Shown here: in pieces, positions 46,091 through 58,458 of the stretch | Layout of the letters: every line of letters starts with the position of its first letter | Position numbering within the stretch: position 1 is the first letter of the stretch | NCBI GenBank assembly: GCA_964016885.1 | Contig: OZ024748.1 | Coordinates: 53,010,001-53,074,000 of the forward strand | Direction of reading: 5' to 3' | DNA: 64,000 bases | Origin: Eledone cirrhosa | Taxonomy: Eukaryota | The notes under the pieces: model-generated | What the model was told of the DNA's origin: nothing | What the model saw: only the letters and a program-made list of their open reading frames with translations | The model's database searches: none | Made by a program: the position numbers and the translations under genes

Positions 46091-46658
46091 TGATAATGGT
46101 GTTGGTGGTATTGGTGGGGTGATGATGGTGATGATGATGATTGTGGTGGTGGTGGTGGTGGTGATAAGGATGGTGGTTATGAAGGTGATGGTGATAGTGG
46201 TGGTGTGATGATAAAGATGATGGTGGTGGTGGTAGTGGTGATGATGATGATTAGTATGGTGATGATGATGATGATATAGTTTTATTTATTTATTTTATCT
46301 GACCTGAAGATTAAGTTATTTACATTCAATTCTTCCTCCACTTCCACGACTCTATTTATTCAATATTGTTCACCACTTTCAATGTAGACAATGTGAGATT
46401 ATTTTTTAATAATTATTACTTATATCTATTTATTATTATATATTAATGAATCATCATTACTCAAAGTAAAGCCCCTGCTGTTTTATGTTTGTTATTTTCA
46501 ATTGTATTGCACCTTCCTACCCTTCCCCAATACTGTGTGTCCTTGTAACCAATGAAAGAAATCATTATTTCACATCAGGAATCTTGCAAAAGGAATAAAT
46601 ACAAAAGCGTTGTGTGTGTGAATGGAAAGGGTAACATACTTATCCGGCAAACGAGAGA

Positions 46659-47007
46659 TCATCATCATCATCATCATCATCATTTTACATCCGCTTTTTC
46701 CCTGCTTGCAAGGGTGGAACGGGAACTGATTCTGGCTTGATTTCTACAGCTGGATGCCCTTCCTAACAGCAACCTCATTTTCAGTGGGTGCTGGGTGATT
46801 TTTTGCCGTGGCACCTCCACGACCACTTTGTAGTGGAATGATAGGGACCCCAGTCCCTATTATCTCATTTCTACAGCTGAGTAAACTGGAGCAATGTGAA
46901 ATAAAGTGTCTTGCTCAAGGAAACAACACATCACCCAGTCTGAGAATTGAACTCACAACCTTTCGATTGCAAGGCCAATGCTCTAACCACTAAGCCATGT
47001 GCCTCCA
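46659..47007 (-). mobile_element. CORE-like tRNA SINE, full length
   Basis: Reverse complement of 2155-2500. Confidence 0.88.
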
Positions 47008-47229
47008 TGTGAGATGTGTGTTTGACCCCTATGTGTGCTAATATCCATCTTTTTTAGTTGGATTTATATGCTCCAATGGGTTTATATGCTTCAATATTAA
47101 GACTGTTATTTAGTCAAATGTTATGGTGAAGCCTTATATTTCTACTTAAATTTTCATGTTTATGTGTATATGATAGTTGTCTGCTCAATACAAATCTTGG
47201 CCACCTCAATGTACATGGAGCTCAGTTCT

Positions 47230-47560
47230 GGCATGAGAACCTATGTGGCTTTTTAGACCAGACATACTTTTAAAATGTCATCCACATAAATTGCACCTTA
47301 GTTTCAAAGTAGCTTCAACTGCCTGAGTTGTCTGATCTTGATGAACCTTGAAATGTCTTTTTGGACCTCCTTTAGATTTGCATATTTTGTGACATATGTG
47401 GCATTGATAAGTGTGAACTTATCAGTAGGAAGTGTCCAATTGTGTGCTCTCATGTGAGATTGGAGTCCAGCTTCTGACAGGCAGACATTGCCACAAACTG
47501 ACCAAGTAGAAAAAGTCTCGTTAATTTCATATTCACTTACTGGTTGTTTTTCCTTATATT
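47230..47560 (-). mobile_element. Decayed RTE-type LINE C-terminus
   Basis: GGPKRHFKVH...LRCNLCG*HFKSMSGLKSH C2H2-like terminal motif. Confidence 0.5.
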
Positions 47561-47990
47561 CCTCTTAATAGTTACTTCCATTAATCTATTTTGATCAAAG
47601 GTTTTGAGTGCCAAAATATATATATATATATATATAGTAATAATAATAAATGGGAAAACTAAAATCCAAAGAGGGCTCGATAGGGATAAATATATATCAA
47701 ATATATAAGAACCCTAGAGCAAATATTTATTAAAATAACAGATTAAAGTTTAAGCAAAGAATCGCTGCTTTCACCCTTAACGGGATCTTCACCCTTAACG
47801 GGGTCGATAAAATAAAGTACCAGTAATGCACTGGGTAATTGCTGGCCTTGTGCCTAACGTAGAAACAATTATATATATATAAAGTACCAGTAATGTACTG
47901 GTAATATATATATAAAGTACCAGTAATGTACTGGTTAATTTCTGGCCTTGTGCCTAAAGTAGAAACAATTATATATATATATATAAATAT

Positions 47991-48137
47991 AGAAGTGGTT
48001 ACACAACAGTTAGTTCACCATACCGAGAATAATTGTTTCACCTTAGTGGATCCTCAGCTCTATGAGCTGAGGATCCACTAAGGTGAAACAATTGTTCTCG
48101 GTCGGTATGGTGAACTACCTGTTGTGTAACCACTTCT
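47991..48137. repeat. Palindrome (~70-bp arms, 3-nt loop) holding two back-to-back minimal hammerheads
   Basis: Plus 48063-48100: UGAG-CUGAGGA-UCC-ACUAA-GGU-GAAA-CAAUUG-UU-CUCG; mirror copy at 48019-48064 on minus. Confidence 0.75.
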
Positions 48138-48337
48138 NNNNNNNNNNNNNNNNNNNNNNNNNNNNNNNNNNNNNNNNNNNNNNNNNNNNNNNNNNNNNNN
48201 NNNNNNNNNNNNNNNNNNNNNNNNNNNNNNNNNNNNNNNNNNNNNNNNNNNNNNNNNNNNNNNNNNNNNNNNNNNNNNNNNNNNNNNNNNNNNNNNNNNN
48301 NNNNNNNNNNNNNNNNNNNNNNNNNNNNNNNNNNNNN
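48138..48337. other. Assembly gap (200 N)
   Basis: Run of n. Confidence 1.
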
Positions 48338-48338
48338 C

Positions 48339-50448
48339 GTTGTTGAGACTGTGGTGAGCTGAGATCCAGTTGACCTACAGTACATATATATACAGGTTGT
48401 TGTTGAGACTGTGGTGAGCTGAGATCCAGTTGACCTACAGCACATATATATACAGGTTGTTGTTGAGACTGTGGTGAGCTGAGATCCAGTTGATCTACAG
48501 TACATATATATACAGGTTGTTGTTGAGACTGTGGTGAGCTGAGATCCAGTTGACCTACAGTACATATATATACAGGTTGTTGTTGAGACTGTGGTGAGCT
48601 GAGATCCAGTTGATCTACAGTACATATATATACAGGTTGTTGTTGAGACTGTGGTGAGCTGAGATCCAGTTGATCTACAGTACATATATATACAGGTTGT
48701 TGTTGAGACTGTGGTGAGCTGAGATCCAGTTGATCTACAGTACATATATATACAGGTTGTTGTTGAGACTGTGGTGAGCTGAGATCCAGTTGACCTACAG
48801 CACATATATATACAGGTTGTTGTTGAGACTGTGGTGAGCTGAGATCCAGTTGACCTACAGCACATATATATACAGGTTGTTGTTGAGACTGTGGTGAGCT
48901 GAGATCCAGTTGATCTACAGTACATATATATACAGGTTGTTGTTGAGACTGTGGTGAGCTGAGATCCAGTTGACCTACAGTACATATATATACAGGTTGT
49001 TGTTGAGACTGTGGTGAGCTGAGATCCAGTTGATCTACAGTACATATATATACAGGTTGTTGTTGAGACTGTGGTGAGCTGAGATCCAGTTGATCTACAG
49101 TACATATATATACAGGTTGTTGTTGAGACTGTGGTGAGCTGAGATCCAGTTGATCTACAGTACATATATATACAGGTTGTTGTTGAGACTGTGGTGAGCT
49201 GAGATCCAGTTGACCTACAGCACATATATATACAGGTTGTTGTTGAGACTGTGGTGAGCTGAGATCCAGTTGACCTACAGCACATATATATACAGGTTGT
49301 TGTTGAGACTGTGGTGAGCTGAGATCCAGTTGACCTACAGTACATATATATACAGGTTGTTGTTGAGACTGTGGTGAGCTGAGATCCAGTTGATCTACAG
49401 TACATATATATACAGGTTGTTGTTGAGACTGTGGTGAGCTGAGATCCAGTTGACCTACAGTACATATATATACAGGTTGTTGTTGAGACTGTGGTGAGCT
49501 GAGATCCAGTTGACCTACAGTACATATATATACAGGTTGTTGTTGAGACTGTGTTGAGCTGAGATCCAATTGACCTACAGTACATATATATACAGGTTGT
49601 TGTTGAGACTGTGGTGAGCTGAGATCCAGTTGACCTACAGTACATATATATATATACAGGTTGTTGTTGTTGTTGTGACTGTGGTCAGCTGAGATCCAGT
49701 TGACCTCCAGTACATATGTATACAGGTTGTTGTTGAGACTGTGGTGAGCTGAGATCCAGTTGATCTACAGTACATATATATACAGGTTGTTGTTGAGACT
49801 GTGGTGAGCTGAGATCCAGTTGACCTACAGTACATATATATACAGGCCATTGTTGAGACTGTGGTGAGCTGAGATCCAGTTGATCTACAGTACATATATA
49901 TACAGGTTGTTGTTGAGACTGTGGTGAGCTGAGATCCAGTTGACCTACAGTACATATATATACAGGTTGTTGTTGAGACTGTGGTGAGCTGAGATCCAGT
50001 TGACCTACAGTACATATATATACAGGTTGTTGTTGAGACTGTGGTGAGCTGAGATCCAGTTGATCTACAGTACATATATATACAGGTTGTTGTTGAGACT
50101 GTGATGAGCTGAGATCCAGTTGATCTACAGTACATATATATACAGGTTGTTGTTGAGACTGTGGTGAGCTGAGATCCAGTTGACCTACAGTACATATATA
50201 TACAGGTTGTTGTTGAGACTGTGGTGAGCTGAGATCCAATTGACCTACAGTACATATATATACAGGTTGTTGTTGAGACTGTGGTGAGCTGAGATCCAGC
50301 TGACCTACAGTACATATATATACAGGTTGTTGTTGAGACTGTGGTGAGCTGAGATCCAGTTGACCTACAGTACATATATATACAGGTTGTTGTTGTTGTG
50401 GCTGTGGTGAGCCCAGATCCAGCTGATTTACTATACATATATACAGGT
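48339..50448. repeat. Highly homogeneous 60-bp satellite, ~35 copies visible
   Basis: Unit GTTGTTGTTGAGACTGTGGTGAGCTGAGATCCAGTTGAYCTACAGYACATATATATACAG. Confidence 0.98.
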
Positions 50449-50869
50449 AGTTGGACAAACTTCTATCCATGACCATTCCATTAGATTTCTTCAGGAATAG
50501 ATTAACCACTGAACAATATGAGAATCTGTTCAGGACCTTAATGGAAGAAGGACACCATTTTATTTAAATTACCGTATCGTCATCATCATCATCATTATCC
50601 TCAGACATGCCTTCCTGAGGGTCCTATCTGAAGTAACTATCTTCAACTGATCTGGTGGGATCCCCAAGCAAGACCAACAAAGCTCAAGGATATTATCCAA
50701 CCATGTTGGTTGTAGCCCGAGCTACGTACTCTGCCATGTAACATTACTCCAAAGATCCTTTGTAGGAACTTCATTTTGCCTGCTTGTATTTTTGATCCTA
50801 TTTTTTCAGTGATTTACCCAAAGAGGACCAGGTAAAGGTGGCATGAATCAGCATGTTCATCATTTATAT

Positions 50870-51000
50870 CCATTTTTCCTCACTTGTAAATGTTGGTTGG
50901 GTCTCTCTCAACACAGCATCTCTCCATAATCTGCATTCCATTGTCATCTCTTCAGTGAGTCTCAGACATTTGAGATCAGCTCGCACCACAGCAAAATCTT
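50870..51000 (-). mobile_element. RTE 3' fragment
   Basis: VVRADLKCLRLTEEMTMECRLWRDAV followed by an RTE-type tail. Confidence 0.65.
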
Positions 51001-51226
51001 TCCACAAACCAAAATTCCTTATGAGGACCCATGGTGGATTAGTGTGAGGTGGTTGGGCTGCAATCAGAGACCCAACAATATTTGTGTTTCCTATCATGAA
51101 TAATATGTAAGGACCTTCATGATATTTTCATCTAAAAGCCTCACATAAGCTTTATCCAGTCCTGATGGTGACCACATGTTATCATATTTCTAATCAAATG
51201 CACCATATTTGAATAAATTAATAAAT

Positions 51227-51411
51227 GCTAAAAAGTTCATAGGCTGACTAAGATACCCTCATGGAATGACCAAATGGAGTTTATTTTTCAACATAGTCCC
51301 CGGAAAAAAACAATGCAATTAATAAGAGTTGAAATTAATGCATACAAGGTTTCACAGCTCTAGCATCACTCCTTCATAGTTAGCCTATGAACTTTTCAGC
51401 TGACCTTTGTA
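51227..51411. mobile_element. Tc1/mariner-type MITE copy
   Basis: AAAAGTTCATAGGCTGAC ... GTTAGCCTATGAACTTTTCAGC. Confidence 0.8.
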
Positions 51412-52554
51412 AGTTAACAGAAGTTTTTTCATCATCATCATCACCATTTAACATCTATTTTCCATGCTTGCATGGGTTAGACTGCTGTTGTATACAGTGG
51501 CCAGACCAGTCTGGTGACTAAGTCCTCTTAATATGTTTGGTTTTGTCTTGGTTTCTATTACTGGATAACAAACACTAACATACTTATAGATTCTGCTGGA
51601 AGAATGGTTTCTACAGCTAGATACCTTTTGAAATTAGTAGTTTTGTTTCATAAAGCCTGAGAGAGTTTTGAGCAGGTTGGAGTGTCCTTAGAATAGATAT
51701 AATGTATTGTAAGAGGTGACTAGAGGAGACTAGAAAAAGGTTGGGATCAGGGAGGGCATCTGGCTATAAAACATTCTCTCAAAACAACCCATTCAAGCTA
51801 TGCTGGCATGGAAAAGGGGTCATAAAGATAATGATGATAATGATTCTTGATGGTGAGGATGATGATGATGATGATGGTGAGGATATTAATGATTATCATG
51901 ATGATGATGATGATAGAATGATATGGATGATGATGATGATAATGATGAAGACAATGTTGGTGAGGATATTAATCATTATGACGATGGTGGGGGTAATATT
52001 AAAGACAATGATGATGATGATGATATAATTGTTTCTACTTTAGGCACAAGGCCAGCAATTACCTCAGTGTATTACTGGTACTTTATTTTATCGACTCCGT
52101 AAGGATGAAAGGCAAAGTTAACCTCTCTCTCTCTCTCACTCTCTCTCTGTCTCTCTCTCACTCTCTCTCTGTCTCTCTCTCTCTCGCTCTCTCGCTCTCT
52201 CGCTCTCTCACTCTCTCTCTCTCGCTCTCTCACTCTCTCTCTCTCGCTCTCTCCCTCTCTCTCTCTCCAACTCTGTATTTCTAGCATCTCCAAAATTACT
52301 CTTCTCTCCACTTCTGATGTCTGCTACTCCTCCACTCTATCTCCTCTCTCTCCCTCTTCTCCTTCCCTCTCCCTCTCGCTGTCTTATCCCTCTATTCCCC
52401 TTTGTCTTCCTCTCTATTTCCTCCTCTCTCTCTCCTCCTCTCACATCATCATCTCTATTTCTTCTCCTCCTCCTCCTCTCTCACCCTCTCTTTCAGCCTT
52501 GCTCTCAAATTACATTCATTCATCATTCTATTTCTCTCAATTGTTAGTCTTTAT

Positions 52555-52872
52555 AATTCTTACTCTCCCCTCTCCCCTGCTCTTTCTCTCTCTTCCTTAC
52601 TCTCCCCTCTCCCCTGCTCTTTCTCTCTCTTCCTTACTCTTTCTCTCTCTTCCTTACTCTTTCTCTCTCTTCCTTACTCTTTCTCTCTCTTCCTTACTCT
52701 ATCTCTCTCTTCCTTACTCTATCTCTCTCTTCCTTACTCTATCTCTCTCTTCCTTACTCTCCCCTCTCCCCTGCTCTTTCTCTCTCTTCCTTACTCTCCC
52801 CTCTCCCCTGCTCTTTCTCTCTCTTCCTTACTCTCCCCTCTCCCCTGCTCTTTCTCTCTCTTCCTTACTCTT
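52555..52872. repeat. CT-rich 20/39-bp minisatellite
   Basis: CTCTTTCTCTCTCTTCCTTA and CTCTCCCCTCTCCCCTG units. Confidence 0.85.
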
Positions 52873-53146
52873 TCACAAATTTTCTCTCTCCATTTACTTG
52901 CCATCTCTCAAATTCTTCAATGTTTTCTCTCTCTTTTTTTCTCCCACATTCTTATGCTTTCTCTCCTTCTATCTTTCTCTCACTCTCTCACACATATTTC
53001 TCTCATAATCTCTCTTATTCTCTCTCTTTCTCTCTCTTAAACAAATTTTCTTTCATGCTCTCTCTCTCTTTCTCCCTCTCTCTCTCACTGTCTCTGTCTC
53101 TATATATATAAAACTATCTATCTACCCGCCCCCCTCTCTCTCTCTC

Positions 53147-53180
<34 letters not shown>

Positions 53181-53224
53181 CATATATATATCATCATCAT
53201 CATCATCATCATTATATATATATA

Positions 53225-53418
53225 AGGGCAGTGGATTGGCAGTATCGGTAGAGGGTCGGACGCCATGCTTTCCAGCATAGAGTTACGGCCCTTTACGATC
53301 TGAGTTCAAATCCCGCCGAGGTTAACTTTGCCTTTCATCCTTACGGGGGTTGATAAAATAAAGTACCAGTAATGCACTGGGTAATTGCTGGCCTTGTGCC
53401 TAAAGTAGAAACAATTAT
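53225..53418 (+). mobile_element. tRNA-derived SINE, second family, full length
   Basis: A-box-like TGGCAGTATCGG, B box GAGTTCAAATCC, central GCCTTTCATCCTTACGGGGGTTGATAAAATAAAGTACCAG (recalls the MetaSINE domain), ends AGAAACAATTAT in (TA)n. Confidence 0.85.
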
Positions 53419-53875
53419 ATATATATATATATATATACATCACTACATACACTACTGTTTCAGTATTTTCTATATATGTTCTGTCCACATCCCAATCTGT
53501 CATTTTTATTCCTCACCATTTCACCCCTCCACTCTCTTCCTCTTCACCCCCTCACTCTCTCCACCCCTCTCTTCCTCTTCCCTACCACTTTACCACTTCA
53601 CCTCTTCATCCCCCCCCCCCTTTCACTCTCCCCACGTCTCTCTCTCTTCTATGACAAAGAATATTCCGGTAAGATTTGATTAAAAATAAGCCAGCCAAGC
53701 CGTGATTAGTGAAAAACTCATTAGTGCTCGGCTGAGCTGAGGCATGGCATCATTGAATGTAAATTAACGGACACCACAATACATACATACATAGACATAT
53801 ATGTATTCATATATATATGTATATGTATATATATATATATGAATATATACATACATATATACATATATATATAGC

Positions 53876-53906
<31 letters not shown>

Positions 53907-53939
53907 GTATGTATCTAGCTATATATATATATGTATATA

Positions 53940-53954
53940 TATATATATAGCTAG

Positions 53955-53993
<39 letters not shown>

Positions 53994-54367
53994 GCTAGAT
54001 ACACATATATATATATATGTATATAGCTAGATACATATATATATATATATATGTATATAGCTAGATACATATATATATATGTATATATATATATAGCTAG
54101 ATACATATATATATATGTATATATATATATATAGCTAGATACATACATATATATATATGTATATATATATATATAGCTAGATACATACATATATATATAT
54201 GTATATATATATATATAGCTAGATACATACATATATATATATGTATATATATATATATAGCTAGATACATACATATATATATATGTATATATATATATAT
54301 AGCTAGATACATACATATATATATATTTATATATATATATATAGATAGATACATATATATATATATT

Positions 54368-54404
<37 letters not shown>

Positions 54405-54500
54405 AGATAGATACATATATCTATATATATATATAGATACATATATATGAATATATACACATATATTTATATATATATATAGATACATATATATGAATAT
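53940..54500. repeat. AT-rich minisatellite built on ATAGCTAGATAC
   Basis: Motif recurs every ~30-45 bp within (TA)n. Confidence 0.85.
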
Positions 54501-54598
54501 ATACACATATATCTATATTTATATATATATACACATATATATATGAATATATACATACATATATGCATATATATGTATAGACTTGCATATATATATAT

Positions 54599-54640
<42 letters not shown>

Positions 54641-56701
54641 CTTGCATATATATATACATATATGATGTGTGCATACATGGGGTGTATGCATTTATATATG
54701 TATACATGTACATTTACATACATATACACACACACAACACACACACACATATATATATATAGAAGTGGCCAGTGGCAAAATGATGATAGTGGTGGTGGTA
54801 GTGGTGGGGGTGGTGTATGTTGGTGCTAATGGTGGTGGTGTTGGTGGCAGTGGTATAAAGTGTATATATATGAGTGTGTAGGCGGTTGTTACAATGGTAG
54901 TGACTGTAGTGGTAGTGGTGGTGTATATGGTGGTAGTGGTGGTGGTAGTGTTGGTGGTTGTGGTGGTGGTAGTGTTAGTGATGGTAGTGGTGGTGGTATA
55001 AAGTGTATTTATGAGTGTGTAGGCAGTTATTGTGATGGTAGTGACTCTATGTGGGGCGTTTGGTGGTGGTAGTGATAGTGATGGTGGTATTGGTGGTGGT
55101 GGTGATAATGGTGGTATTGGTGGTGGTGGTGATAGTGATGGTGGTATTGGAGGTGGCAATGGTGGCGGTGGTATTGGTGGTGGTGATAATGGGTGGTAAT
55201 GGTGGTGGTGGTAATGGTGGTATTGGTGGTGGTGGTAATGGTGGTATTGGAGGTGGCAATGGTGGTGGTGGTAATGGTGGTAGTGGTGGTATTGGTGGTT
55301 GTGGTGGTATTGGTGGTGGTGATAATGGTGGTAATGGTGGTGGTGGTAATGGCGGTATTGGTGGTAGTGGTGGTATTGGTGGTGGTGGTAATGGTGGTAT
55401 TGGAGGTGGCAATGGTGGTGGTGGTAATGGTGGTAGTGGTGGTATTGGTGGTGGCAATGGTGATGGTGGTGGTCATTGTTGGTATTGGTGGTGGTGGTAT
55501 TGGTGGTGGTGGTATTGGTGGTGGTGGTGGTGGTTACAGTGTAGCTGTAGGTTAGCAATCATTACAAAGATCTTTCATTAAAAGTGTTCCAGTTGTGACC
55601 CTCCATAATAATTGTTTCTACTATTGGCACAAGGCCAGCAATTTCAAGTGAAAGGGAATCTCAATTAAACCAACTCCAGTGAATTACTGGTACTATTTTT
55701 ACCAATCCCCGTAAGAATGAAAGGCAAATTTAATCTCAAGTGGATTTAAACTCAACATAAAGGGTCGTAACTCTGTGCTGCACAGCATGTTATTCGACAC
55801 TCTACCGATTCTGCCAATGTATTGGTTTCTCCAATCAAACAGACCTTTAATCAACCAGTGTTTTGTTTTTCTGTTTTTTTTCAGACAATATGTTTTCCCA
55901 AAATCCAAAACTGCATTACCCAACGTGTACTTTGTTTACTTAAGATGGCAATGTGTCATGGGGGAGATTTAGCTGCTATTACAAGCAGCTTGAACAACCA
56001 CATAGTTGTTCATTCAGTCAATGGCATGTGGTTGCCAGTGGTAAGTACAATGTTTGTATATACACATATTACCTTAAAATGAAATTTAGAGTTCACACCT
56101 ATGAAGATTTAGCTGACCTCCTACGAAGTTGGGTTGCATAGAGAGTTTCTCAGGTATTTTAATGATGATCTCACATCTATGCAGGTTTAGCTGGCCTCCT
56201 ACGAGGTTACATCTCACAGGAGGTTTCTTATGTGTCTTAATTATAGGGTTCTAGTCCTCTCATGTTGTTACATCACCCACCTATGCAGGTTTAACTGGCC
56301 TACTACAAGGTTTCATCATCACATGGGCGATTCCTCAGATGTTTTAATGATAGTCCCTTGTCCTATCCTGAAAAACAAGATAAAATAAAGAAACTTGCTC
56401 AAGAACACCACACATTGTCTAGTCCAATACTAGTCCAAAATTAGTCCAAAATGATCATGAGTTTAACACCCTAACCACCAGGCCATACACCATCATACAT
56501 GTTAACATGGTGTGTACAAATTAGGCAACTGGGTTATTGGAGGCTGGCTGGGTGGCTGGCTGACTGAATAGCTGGTTGGTTGGTTGGTTGGATAGCTGTT
56601 TGGGTAGCTGGTTGGCTGGATACTTGATTGGGTAGGTGACTAGCTGGCTGGTGAGGAGTAAATTTGAATTTTTAAAGGGAAGTATATATATATATATATA
56701 T

Positions 56702-57253
56702 ATAGGAAAATGTTTAACCCCCGACGGCAGAGCTCAAGCCATTAAACATTTTCCTATTACCCACTCTACTACCCTAAGTATTGAGTACTCTGGTGCGTAA
56801 TGGTCCATCTGGTTCCTTACCACACCTCCTTTGTTATCTAGCTCCTACCTCCGTAGTAGAGCACTTTCCGACCCTACCACGCCATATTCTGACTTTTCCA
56901 CCCAGCTCAAGTTTAATTACCCTCACCATGCGAAAACACAATTTCGACTTCTCCACCAAGAACATCCCAGTTCCACCAAGAACATCCCAGTTCCACCAAG
57001 AACATCCCAGTTCCACCAAGAACATCCCAGTTCCACCGAGAAAACTTTCACTTCGGATGCTCACGCAAACAACCGACCTGCTTGCAAAAAGACTGAGATG
57101 GAGAACATAAACAAAGTGTCCAGAAATAGCCGTTGAAATGGCTTCTGCTCTGCTGTCGGGGTTAAACATTTTCCTATTATCTACTCTACTACCCTAAGTA
57201 TTGAGTACTCTGGTGCGTTATGGTCCATCTGGTTCCTTACCACACTTCCTTCG

Positions 57254-57257
<4 letters not shown>
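56702..57257 (+). mobile_element. PLE-like remnant: short inverted end plus two ~95-bp direct repeats, with an internal 20-bp x4 array
   Basis: Direct repeats 56742-56836 and 57162-57256; 56702-56743 approximates the reverse complement of 57136-57177; CCACCAAGAACATCCCAGTT x4; (TA)n on both sides. Confidence 0.7.
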
Positions 57258-57289
<32 letters not shown>

Positions 57290-57361
57290 GCAGTAGGCAA
57301 TGGGGAAACAACATTGGTGTAACTGTTTTCAAGTCAATCAATGTAGGTTAAGAATCAGTTC

Positions 57362-57590
57362 ACCATGTGGCCCTGGCAAACAGGATGGAAAAGATATTGT
57401 TCCAGAAGCTAGCAAGGGTGACACACTGGAACAGCCACTCCACCTTGTGGGGCTCACACTTGTTGAGAGCCAAGTCTGCTCTGATATCAGTGAGATGTGG
57501 TTTGGGAGGCAAGAACACCAGACGTCTACACTGTCACAGACTCAACCACAAATCTATCAAAGAGCAGCTGATTTGACAGTTTGTGTTCTT
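57362..57590 (-). mobile_element. CRE-clade 3' fragment
   Basis: RFVVESVTV*TSGVL...CEPHKVEWLFQCVTLASFWNNIFSIL. Confidence 0.65.
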
Positions 57591-57618
57591 CAACCTCATG
57601 AGCAGCAAAGACTGAGCT

Positions 57619-58458
57619 GGTAGCTGACTACATGGCTGAGTAACTATATGGCTGGATAGCTTGCTGGTTAGGTAGCTGACTACATGGCTGAGTAACTATA
57701 TGGCTGGATAGCTTGCTGGTTAGGTAGCTGACTACATGGCTGAGTAACTATATGGCTGGATAGCTTGCTGATTAGGTAGCTGACTACATGGCTGAGTAAC
57801 TATATGGCTGGATAGCTTGCTGGTTAGGTAGCTGACTACATGGCTGAGTAACTATATGGCTGGATAGCTTGCTGGTTAGGTAGCTGACTACATGGCTGAG
57901 TAACTATATGGCTGGATAGCTTGCTGATTAGGTAGCTGACTACATGGCTGAGTAACTATATGGCTGGATAGCTTGCTGGTTAGGTAGCTGACTATATGGC
58001 TGGATAGCTTGCTGGTTAGGTAGCTGACTACATGGCTGAGTAACTATATGGCTGGATAGCTTGCTGGTTAGGTAGCTGACTACATGGCTGAGTAACTATA
58101 TGGCTGGATAGCTTGCTGATTAGGTAGCTGACTACATGGCTGAGTAACTATATGGCTGGATAGCTTGCTGGTTAGGTAGCTGACTACATGGCTGAGTAAC
58201 TATATGGCTGGATAGCTTGCTGGTTAGGTAGCTGACTACATGGCTGAGTAACTATATGGCTGGATAGCTTGCTGGTTAGGTAGCTGACTACATGGCTGAG
58301 TAACTATATGGCTGGATAGCTTGCTGGTTAGGTAGCTGACTACATGGCTGAGTAACTATATGGCTGGATAGCTTGCTGATTAGGTAGCTGACTACATGGC
58401 TGAGTAGCTATATGGCTGGATAGCTTGCTGATTAGGTAGCTGACTACATGGCTGAGTA
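57619..58458. repeat. 52-bp minisatellite, ~16 copies
   Basis: Unit TAGCTGACTACATGGCTGAGTAACTATATGGCTGGATAGCTTGCTGGTTAGG; decays into a GGTT/GGCT tract to ~59250. Confidence 0.97.

Noticed and set aside
48339-50448. CRISPR array
   Set aside because: Units are contiguous and near-identical with no unique spacers; eukaryotic context and no cas genes. The same applies to 11290-11970 and 57619-58458
55047-55581. Gly-rich or Pro-rich structural protein ORFs (also 60536-61567 and 63064-63651)
   Set aside because: GGT/ACC microsatellite mosaics open on both strands
56290-56347. Hammerhead on minus (CTGAGGA...GAAACC)
   Set aside because: U16.1 absent and stem I does not pair
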